Source: Actinomycetota bacterium
GTDB taxonomy: Bacteria; Actinomycetota; Thermoleophilia; Gaiellales; Gaiellaceae
NCBI GenBank assembly: GCA_013695295.1
Contig: JACDAS010000208.1
Coordinates: 1 to 25,312 of the forward strand
Reading direction: 5' to 3'
DNA length: 25,312 nt
The notes below the pieces were generated by a model, which was not told the origin of the DNA, ran no database searches, and saw only the letters and a list, made by a program, of their open reading frames with translations. Within the stretch, counting starts at the first letter, position 1. Each line of letters opens with the position of its first letter. The translations under genes and the position numbers were made by a program. Shown piece after piece: positions 18,628 to 25,312 of the stretch.

Positions 18628-20372
18628 GCTGGCGCGACCACCGCTGCGGGGAGCTGCGCTCGAACCACGTGGGGGAGACGGTGACCCTGGCGGGCTGGGC
18701 AGCCAGGCGCCGGGACCACGGTGGGCTCGTGTTCGTCGACCTTCGAGACGACGCCGGCCTTTGCCAGCTCGTCTTCAACCCGGAGCGCTCGGCCGAGGCC
18801 GCGGCGGCCGCGCACGGCGTCCGGAACGAGTTCGTGCTGCGCGCGACCGGCGAGGTCGTCGCCCGCGCGGCCGACGCCGTGAACCCGGCGCTCCCGACGG
18901 GCGAGGTGGAGGTGCAGATCGACCGGCTGGAGGTGCTCTCGTCGTGCCCGCCGCTGCCGTTCCAGGTCGACGAGGAGGGGGTGGACGAGAACCTCCGCTA
19001 CACCCATCGCTGGATCGACCTGCGCGGGCGCCGTCTCCAGCGCAACATCCGCGCGAGGGCACGGCTCGTCTCGATCATCCGACAGGAGGTGGAGGCGGAA
19101 GGGTTCGTCGACATCGAGACACCGATCATGGCCAAGCCGACGCCCGAGGGCGCGCGCGACTTCCTCGTCCCGACGCGCCTGCAGAAGGGTCGCTTCTTCG
19201 CGCTGCCGCAGTCGCCGCAGATCTACAAGCAGCTGCTGGTCATCTCCGGCTTCGAGCGCTACTACCAGATCGCCCGCTGCTTCCGCGACGAGGATCTCCG
19301 GGCCGACCGCCTCCAGGAGCTGACCCAGCTCGACGTGGAGATGGCCTTCCCAGACGAGGAGTTCCTCTTCGCGTTGATGGAGCGGACGGTGCAGCGGATC
19401 TGGCGGGAGGTGAGAGGAGTCGAGCTCGAGGCGCCCTTCGCGCGCATGACGTGGGACGAGGCGCAGCTCCGCTACGGGAGCGACAAGCCCGATCTGCGCT
19501 TCGGGCTCGAGATCGTCGACGCCACCGAGGTCACGCGCGACTCGGCCTTCAAGGTCTTCGCGAGCGCGCCGGCCGTCCGCCACCTGACCGTCCCGCAGGA
19601 GCTCTCGCGCGCCGAGCTGGCGAAGCTCGAGGAGGTCGCCCGCCGCTGGGGAGCGAAGGGGCTCGCCTACCTCGTCTTCGGCGCCGACGGCGAGGTACGG
19701 TCGCCGATCGCGAAGTTCCTCTCCGAGCGTGAGCTCGCCGCCTTCCGCGCCGACGCGGGCTCGACCGTCCTCTTCGGCGCCGACGAGCCGCACCTCGTCG
19801 CGCGGGTGCTCGGCGCGCTTCGCCTGCATCTCGGCCGCGAGCTGGACCTGATCGACCGGGAGGCCTGGCGGTTTCTCTGGGTGACCGACTTCCCCCTGCT
19901 CGAGTGGGATCCCGAGGCGGATCGGTGGACCGCCGTGCATCACCCGTTCACGCGTCCGAACGACGAGGGGGTCGCGCTGCTCGACACCGACCCCGGCGCC
20001 GCGAAGGCGGTCGCGTACGACCTGGTCGGAAACGGGATCGAGCTCGCCGGCGGCTCGTTCCGGATCCACGAACAGGCGCTCCAGGCACGCATCTTCGACC
20101 TCCTCCGCGTCTCGCGTCAGGAGCAGGCCGCCAAGTTCGGGCACCTCCTGAACGCGCTCGCGATGGGGGCGCCTCCGCACGGGGGCATCGCTTCGGGGAT
20201 CGACCGGCTCTCGATGGCCCTGCTCGACGAGCCGCTGATCCGCGACACGGTTGCCTTCCCGAAGAACCAGGCCGGCCTCGACCCGATGACCGGCGCGCCG
20301 ACCGACGTGACGCCCGAGCAGCTCGCCGAGCTCGGGCTCCGGCCCGCTCCGGCCAAAGAGCGAAACCGGTAG
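18624..20372 (+). CDS. aspS: Aspartate--tRNA ligase (possibly non-discriminating)
   Basis: RRRDHGGLVFVDLRD, TPEGARDFLVP, LPQSPQIYKQLL, CFRDEDLRADR, HHPFT, GAPPHGGIA. His in DHGG points to the Asp/Asn type but this is not decisive. Confidence 0.98.
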   Translation: MSWRDHRCGELRSNHVGETVTLAGWAARRRDHGGLVFVDLRDDAGLCQLVFNPERSAEAAAAAHGVRNEFVLRATGEVVARAADAVNPALPTGEVEVQIDRLEVLSSCPPLPFQVDEEGVDENLRYTHRWIDLRGRRLQRNIRARARLVSIIRQEVEAEGFVDIETPIMAKPTPEGARDFLVPTRLQKGRFFALPQSPQIYKQLLVISGFERYYQIARCFRDEDLRADRLQELTQLDVEMAFPDEEFLFALMERTVQRIWREVRGVELEAPFARMTWDEAQLRYGSDKPDLRFGLEIVDATEVTRDSAFKVFASAPAVRHLTVPQELSRAELAKLEEVARRWGAKGLAYLVFGADGEVRSPIAKFLSERELAAFRADAGSTVLFGADEPHLVARVLGALRLHLGRELDLIDREAWRFLWVTDFPLLEWDPEADRWTAVHHPFTRPNDEGVALLDTDPGAAKAVAYDLVGNGIELAGGSFRIHEQALQARIFDLLRVSRQEQAAKFGHLLNALAMGAPPHGGIASGIDRLSMALLDEPLIRDTVAFPKNQAGLDPMTGAPTDVTPEQLAELGLRPAPAKERNR

Positions 20373-20424
20373 ATGGTTGACCGGTTCCCCCTCCGCCGGC
20401 GACGGACGCTAATCTCGCGGTCGT

Positions 20425-21090
20425 ATGCCTGAAGGACTCGGGCCGAGGGTCGCTGTCGAGACGGGATTCCTGATCCTGCTCGCGGTCGGGGCAGCGGTCG
20501 CCGACCTCGAGCCGCTGCTGATCGTGCTCGTGATGGCAATCGGCTGGATTCTCGTCTCGCTCGTGGAGCTGCTCGCATCCCGCTCGCGCCAGGGCCTCGG
20601 TGTCTCGGGGCCGCTCGAGGCCCGCGGGGCACCGGGCGTCGCGACGCAGCTTCCGGCGGGCCCTCCGATCGCCGAGCCCGCGGCCTACGCCGTCGCCTAC
20701 GAGCCGCCGGCGGCCGCGCAGTACCCGCCCGCCCCGGCTCTCGAGCCACCTGTCCCGGAGGAGCCGCTGCCGGAGCAGCCGCCACCCGAGGCCCCGGCCG
20801 CCGAACCGCAGCCGCAGCCGTCCGACTACGACTTCGAGTTCACGAAGCCCGGTGAGCCGGAGGACGTCTCTGCAACCGGGGTGCTCGAGCCGGCGGCCGA
20901 ACACGTCGAGCCAGAGCCGCCCGCATCATCCGCCGCCGCCGAGGCCGGTACGACCGGCTTCGCGGCCCCCCAGCGGCAACGTGTCTCGCACCGCCTCCCG
21001 CCCCTCCAGCCGCGAGCGAAACGCAGCTGGTTCGGCCGGGCCGCGCGCCGGCGGGAGAAGCCGAAGCCCGAAGAGGAGGAAGCGAACTAA
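20425..21090 (+). CDS. Hypothetical protein: N-terminal two-TM anchor plus Pro/Glu-rich disordered tail
   Basis: 221-aa ORF; hydrophobic residues ~9-48, PE/PA-rich middle, basic RSWFGR end; TAATCT 9 nt upstream. Confidence 0.75.
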   Translation: MPEGLGPRVAVETGFLILLAVGAAVADLEPLLIVLVMAIGWILVSLVELLASRSRQGLGVSGPLEARGAPGVATQLPAGPPIAEPAAYAVAYEPPAAAQYPPAPALEPPVPEEPLPEQPPPEAPAAEPQPQPSDYDFEFTKPGEPEDVSATGVLEPAAEHVEPEPPASSAAAEAGTTGFAAPQRQRVSHRLPPLQPRAKRSWFGRAARRREKPKPEEEEAN

Positions 21091-21251
21091 ATGGTTGAGC
21101 GGAAATTCGCGCAGCGCAGCTGGTGGCCCAGACACGGCGCCGCTCACCACGTCAGGTCACGACCCGTAGCGCTGCTACGCGCCGCAACCGGCCGCGGCGA
21201 CCCGCTTGGCCTGGGCCATCCCTGCGGGTGCGCCAATTTCCGCTCAACCAT
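21091..21251. mobile_element. MITE-like element B (161 bp)
   Basis: 23-bp terminal inverted repeats ATGGTTGAGCGGAAATT(C/G)GCGCA (21091-21113 and 21229-21251, one mismatch), flanked by CTAA and CTAG; internal palindrome CGTAGCGCTGCTACG. Confidence 0.88.
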
Positions 21252-21258
21252 CTAGGCC

Positions 21259-21969
21259 GTGTGGTCTCACGGCCCGACACGGTTTGCGTTCGAGGCCGCA
21301 TTCCTGATCACAGTCGCGGTCGTGACGGGGCTCGCTCACCTGAGTCCGCCCGCGATCATCGTGATCATGCTCTTCGCCTGGCTCCTGACCGTGCTCGTGG
21401 AGAGCGCGACCGCCCGCGGCTGGCAGAACCCCCTGGCGCGGCCCCTGCCGCCCCCCGTAGCTCGCCACGATGCGCCCCACCCGTCCGGCCGGATCGCCGC
21501 CGCTCCAGCGGCGAGCCGCGCGGCTTCCGAGAAGATCGCCCCGGAATGGCTGGAGTCGGCCGAAGCGCTCGGGATCACCATCTCGGGCTTCGAGCCTCCG
21601 CCCGCGGCGGCACCGATCGTTCCACCCGCCGCCGCGGAGGCTCAGGACGAGCCGGAGCTTCGGCCCGAGGCTGCGCCCGAACCGGAGCCCGAGCCGCTTC
21701 CCCCACCCGAGCCGGGGGCCGCACCTCCGTCGGCTCCCGCTCCGGCCGACCCGGAGCCCGTGGCGGAGCCTGAGCCCGCCTGGCCCCCTGCGGCCCGGGT
21801 TCGGCTTCCGCTTCGGTTCCGCAGCCAGGCTCGTCGCCGTGTGGAGGCTCCGCCTGCGGAGCGCCCGGAGCCGGTGGTGCTCGAGTCTCCGCTCGCCCCG
21901 CCCGAGGCACCCGACCCGCCCGACCACCTCTCGGCCCGGCCGCTTCGCGTGCGGATGCCGCTCCGGTAG
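21259..21969 (+). CDS. Hypothetical two-TM-anchored Pro/Glu-rich protein, paralog of 20425..21090; part upstream of an in-frame TAG
   Basis: N-terminus GPTRFAFEAAFLITVAVVTGLAHLSPPAIIVIMLFAWLLTVLVE aligns with GPRVAVETGFLILLAVGAAVADLEPLLIVLVMAIGWILVSLVE. Confidence 0.7.
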   Translation: MWSHGPTRFAFEAAFLITVAVVTGLAHLSPPAIIVIMLFAWLLTVLVESATARGWQNPLARPLPPPVARHDAPHPSGRIAAAPAASRAASEKIAPEWLESAEALGITISGFEPPPAAAPIVPPAAAEAQDEPELRPEAAPEPEPEPLPPPEPGAAPPSAPAPADPEPVAEPEPAWPPAARVRLPLRFRSQARRRVEAPPAERPEPVVLESPLAPPEAPDPPDHLSARPLRVRMPLR

Positions 21970-22728
21970 CGCACGCAGGCCCGCCGGCGGGTCGAGCCGC
22001 CGCCGCCTCCTCGCCGCGACGTCTTCGTCTCGGCCGAGCCGCCGCGGTCGTTGCCGGCCGAGGCTCCCGCGCCCGAGCCGACGCCGCCTCGCGTCCGGCT
22101 GCCGCTCCGCTTCCGCAGCACGGCGCGGCCCCGATCAGAGCCGCTCGTTCAGCCAACCGAGCCCGCTCCGGAACCCCTCGAGGAGGAGGTTGCGCCGCCC
22201 GCCCTTCCCGCGCGCGTCCATCTACCGCTCCGGTTCCGGACCGCCGCAAGGGGGCGCCCGGTCCCGACGGCCTCCCTGAGGAGCTCGCAGCCCGACCCGC
22301 CCGAGCTCGCCGCCGAGCCGGTGCCGCAGGAGCCGGAGCGGCCGGCCGAGGACGGAGACGAGGTCGTGCCGGCGGAGGGCGAGGCGCCCGGCGCGACGCC
22401 GGAGCCGGTCGAGCCTCGCAGCTCGGAGCCGACAGCGCGCCGCTGGCCATGGCGCCGGCTACGCCGCCGCGCGCGCCCCGAACGGCGTCCCGGGGAGCGG
22501 GTCGAGCCGCCTCAGGCCGAGGAGGAGGTCCGGGGTCTCGAGCCCGCGATGCCCGAGCCGGCGAACGAACTCTCCGAGTCGCCGCAACTCCCGTTGACCA
22601 AGCCGCTTCCCGGCGACGACCTCCCCTCGCCCTCGGAAGCCGGCCAGCTCGAGGTCGCTGAGCCAGAGCCGATCTCTCCTCCGCAGCCCGAGGCCGTTGC
22701 TCCGCCCGCGGCCGAGCACAACCGGTGA
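21970..22728 (+). pseudogene. In-frame continuation of 21259..21969 beyond the TAG (would give 489 codons in total)
   Basis: Same frame, same composition and same RVxLPLRFR repeats; its TGA overlaps the GTG of the next gene. Nonsense mutation, base-call error and readthrough cannot be distinguished here. Confidence 0.65.
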
Positions 22729-23144
22729 GCCCGGCACTCGCCCAGCGGGAGCTCGCACTCGCCGGCGTCGCCCTCCTAGCGGTGCTCGTCTCGCTCGCGC
22801 TCGGAGGCACCGGCTCGGACGCCAAGGACCGGGGCGTGCCTCGCCCGGTGACCGTGGGGGGCGCCGGCTGGTACGAGGCCCTCGCAGCTCCGCGCGAGGG
22901 GCCGTACGGCGGGCGCTCGGCCTGCGGCCGGGTGATCCGCCGGGAGACGCTGGGCGTGGCCCATCCGGTGCTGCCCTGCGGCGCGAAGATCTTCATCTCG
23001 TTCGACGGCAAGCAGGTCCTCACCCAGATCGTCGATCGGGGGCCGGATGAGCCAGGACTCGACTTCGAGATCTCGACCGCACTCGCGCGGAGGCTCGCCC
23101 TGACCGGGGTGCAACGGATCCGATGGAGCTTCGCTCGGGCCTGA
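22725..23144 (+). CDS. RlpA-like double-psi beta-barrel protein with N-terminal membrane anchor
   Basis: SACG...GVAHPVLPCG...IVDRGP...FEISTALARRL matches the RlpA/DPBB pattern; hydrophobic N-terminus with no obvious lipobox Cys. Confidence 0.75.
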   Translation: MSPALAQRELALAGVALLAVLVSLALGGTGSDAKDRGVPRPVTVGGAGWYEALAAPREGPYGGRSACGRVIRRETLGVAHPVLPCGAKIFISFDGKQVLTQIVDRGPDEPGLDFEISTALARRLALTGVQRIRWSFARA

Positions 23145-23187
23145 GAAGCTCTGAGCCGCGCGCGGGAAGGTCGGCTACAGTGGCCCG

Positions 23188-23343
23188 GTGCTCGACCCCG
23201 TTCGCGGCTCCGCGGACATGTAGAACCAACATCCGATGCAAGGGCGCCCGAGTCGGGCCGAAGGGGTTTCTCCGAAGCTCGCAGGGCACCCACCTGGTTT
23301 GTCCAGGTTCGCACGGACGCGGAGAGACGGCGGGGTGGGGCAC
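23188..23343 (+). ncRNA. ssrS: 6S RNA
   Basis: Long rod: GTGCTC/GGGCAC, ACCCCG/CGGGGT, CTCCGCG/CGCGGAG, GAACC/GGTTC, around a central bubble with GAACCAACAT and GGGCACCCACCTG (23284-23296), motifs typical of Firmicutes-type 6S RNA. TACAGT -10 box 6 nt upstream; lies between aspS and mnmA. Confidence 0.85.
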
Positions 23344-23405
23344 ATCTCGCTCGTCGTCTGATCAGGCAACGGGGTGCCGGCCAACCTTTACGCTAGCCTG
23401 GACCG

Positions 23406-24665
23406 GTGCGCGAGGTGGTGGGAGACGCGTCCCGCGACGGGGACTTCGCGCTCGTCCGTCTGCGGATCGACGGCGAGCGGATCGTCGACGCGGACGCGGA
23501 CGGCCTCGTGGCGCCGCTCGCGGGCCTGAGCCTCCTCGAGGCGGCAGCGGTGCCGGGCGAGACGCTCGCCGTCGATGCCCTGGCGAATGCGCTCGGCCCG
23601 GTCTTCCGAGCTGCTCCCGCCCCGGGGCGGGTCGCCGTGGCGATGAGCGGCGGCGTCGACAGCGCGGTCGCGCTGCTCCGCGCGGGGTCAGGGGCCGTCG
23701 GCGTGACGCTCCGCCTCTGGATCGACCCGGCCGCGCCGGACGCAGCGCGGGCATGCTGCTCGCCCGAGGCTGTGATCGCCGCCCGCCAGACCTGCCACTC
23801 ACTCGGACTGCCGCACGTGACGCTCGACCGCCGCGAGGAGTTTCGGCGAGCGGTCGTCGGGCCGTTCGTTCGCGGCTACGCGCGCGGCGAGACGCCGAAC
23901 CCGTGTAGCCGCTGCAACGGCGGCTTCCGCTTCGCCGAATTGCTCGCGTTCGCTCGCCGAGCCGGAGCGGCACGGCTTGCCACCGGGCACTACGCGCGCA
24001 TCGCCTCCCACCGCGGCCGCCTGCTTCTCGCGCGGGCGCTCGACGAGGACAAGGATCAGTCGTACATGCTCGCCCGCCTCGACCCCCGACGACTCGGGCG
24101 CATCTGGTTCCCGCTCGGCGAGTCGACGAAGCCCGACGTGCGCCGGGAGGCCGCAAGCCGGGGGCTCGCGGCCGCGGCGAGGCCGGAGAGCCAGGAGGCC
24201 TGCTTCCTCGGCGGCGACGACTACAGACGCTTCCTGGAGCGCCAAGGCCTCCGCCCTGAGCCCGGGTCGCTGCTCGACGAGCACGGGCAGCGGGTCGGAA
24301 GCCATTCGGGCCACTGGCGCTTCACGCCGGGGCAGCGGCGCGGGCTCGGCCTCACTGCCGCCGCACCGCTCTATGCGCTCTCGACCGACGCCCGGACGAA
24401 CACCGTCGTCGTCGGCCCCCGCGAGAGCCTCGCACGGCGGCGCATCTCGGTCCGGGGCAGGCTCTTCGTCCCTGTCAGCGAGGCCGAGGTGAAGCTCCGC
24501 TACCGAGGGCCGGCCCTTCGGACCGGCGTTCGCGCGAGCGAGCGCGGGTTCCGCCTCGAGCTCCGCGAGCAGAGCTTCGGCGTCGCCCCCGGGCAGACCG
24601 CGGTCGTCTACGAGGACGGCGTCGTGGTCGGCTCGGGGCTCGTGGCCTCGAGCGAAGCCGCCTGA
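23406..24665 (+). CDS. mnmA: tRNA-specific 2-thiouridylase with ~70-aa N-terminal extension
   Basis: AMSGGVDS PP-loop, TPNPCSRCN, ATGHYAR, DKDQSYML, SQEACF, FTPGQRRG, VAPGQTAV. GTG 6 nt after TAGCCT. Confidence 0.96.
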   Translation: MREVVGDASRDGDFALVRLRIDGERIVDADADGLVAPLAGLSLLEAAAVPGETLAVDALANALGPVFRAAPAPGRVAVAMSGGVDSAVALLRAGSGAVGVTLRLWIDPAAPDAARACCSPEAVIAARQTCHSLGLPHVTLDRREEFRRAVVGPFVRGYARGETPNPCSRCNGGFRFAELLAFARRAGAARLATGHYARIASHRGRLLLARALDEDKDQSYMLARLDPRRLGRIWFPLGESTKPDVRREAASRGLAAAARPESQEACFLGGDDYRRFLERQGLRPEPGSLLDEHGQRVGSHSGHWRFTPGQRRGLGLTAAAPLYALSTDARTNTVVVGPRESLARRRISVRGRLFVPVSEAEVKLRYRGPALRTGVRASERGFRLELREQSFGVAPGQTAVVYEDGVVVGSGLVASSEAA

Positions 24666-24741
24666 GTTGCTCGACCGGGGACTCCTGCGATCCGCGGCCG
24701 CTGGGCCTGGTGCGGCACGGTTCAGCACTAGGATCGAGACT

Positions 24742-25125
24742 GTGCCGAACGAGATCACGCTGACGCTGCCGCGGGACCACGACCTCTTCGGCGTCGCCCA
24801 CCTCGTCGTCGGCGGCATCGCGGCTCGCTTCAACCTCACGCTCGAGCATCTCGAGGATCTTCAGATCGCCCTCGACGGCCTGCTCGAGCACGGCGACGCG
24901 CGAGAGGCGACGGTCGTCCTTCGCATCGAGGAGCAGGGGCTCCACGCCCGGGTCGGGCCCTTCGAGGGCGAGGCCCTTCAGCGCGAGCTCGACAGCGAGC
25001 TCGAGCCCGTCGGCCTCCGTCGGCTGCTCGACACCGTGGCCGCGGGCTACAGGGTGATCTCGGACGGGCAGCGTCGGTGGATCGAGCTGACGAAGGAGAT
25101 CGGCACTCTGGAAGACCCGGCCTGA
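24742..25125 (+). CDS. RsbW/SpoIIAB-like anti-sigma factor, apparently degenerate
   Basis: ITLTLP...AHLVVGGIAARFNLTLEHLEDLQIAL resembles the RsbW N-terminus; TGATG coupling to the sigma factor. Start moved to GTG 24742 (TAGGAT 7 nt upstream). Confidence 0.75.
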   Translation: MPNEITLTLPRDHDLFGVAHLVVGGIAARFNLTLEHLEDLQIALDGLLEHGDAREATVVLRIEEQGLHARVGPFEGEALQRELDSELEPVGLRRLLDTVAAGYRVISDGQRRWIELTKEIGTLEDPA

Positions 25126-25312
25126 TGGCGGGCAAGAGCGACAAGGCGCTCCTCCGCCGGTATCACGAGCATGGCGATGTCGCGGCGCGCGAGCAGTTGA
25201 TCGAGCAGTACATGTCGCTCGTGCGCTCGCTCGCCCGGCGGTATTCCTACCGGGGCGAGCAGCTCGAGGATCTCGTCCAGATCGGCGCGATCGGCCTGAT
25301 CAAGGCGATCGA
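25125..25312 (+). CDS. SigB/SigF/SigG-type RNA polymerase sigma factor, 5' part (runs off the window)
   Basis: Not in the track. Translates MAGKSDKALLRRYHEHGDVAAREQLIEQYMSLVRSLARRYSYRGEQLEDLVQIGAIGLIKAID, matching sigma-70 region 2.1-2.2 of the group 3 SigB/F type. Confidence 0.93.
   Translation, partial: MAGKSDKALLRRYHEHGDVAAREQLIEQYMSLVRSLARRYSYRGEQLEDLVQIGAIGLIKAI

Noticed and set aside
21967-21969. Pyrrolysine or selenocysteine recoding of the internal stop
   Set aside because: Sec uses TGA, and no pyl genes or catalytic context are visible; a disordered repeat is an unlikely Pyl site. Kept only as an unexplained TAG.
23188-23223. 11-codon leaderless ORF (MLDPVRGSADM) after TACAGT
   Set aside because: The sequence is the 5' strand of the 6S RNA stem and its pairing explains it better.
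24666-24741. SigB-type autoregulatory promoter upstream of the anti-sigma gene
   Set aside because: No convincing GTTT-N(14-17)-GGGTA match; only the TAGGAT hexamer is supportable.

Overview
Very GC-rich bacterial chromosomal DNA. Gene content and promoter style suggest a deep-branching actinobacterium such as Thermoleophilia/Gaiellales (inference; no marker search run). Left part, minus strand: a truncated methyltransferase remnant, a UDG-superfamily gene, a heterodimeric ABC exporter pair with a candidate 58-aa ORF between the two halves, an HD-family protein with HC in place of HD, tRNA-Gln(CTG), a flippase-like gene, a DUF4389-repeat gene and tRNA-Glu(CTC). Middle: a histidine-utilisation cluster (formiminotransferase, hutH, small membrane ORF, hutU, hutI) split by an inverted FAD/Rieske oxidoreductase. 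Right: cupin, MBL hydrolase-hisS-aspS, two paralogous membrane-anchored Pro/Glu-rich proteins (the second with an in-frame TAG), an RlpA-like gene, a 6S RNA, mnmA with an N-terminal IscU-like remnant, an RsbW-like gene and the start of a SigB/F-type sigma factor. Signals not explained by the ORF track: (1) three different families of small non-coding elements bounded by CTA(G/A), including a 3x ~97-bp structured array, located at stop codons or -10 boxes, with no transposase in the window; (2) TANNNT boxes 6-9 nt before most unit-leading start codons (leaderless style), including overlapping divergent boxes; (3) the 6S RNA; (4) the mnmA fusion; (5) the amber-interrupted repeat protein. All protein calls come from motif recognition by eye, not database searches.
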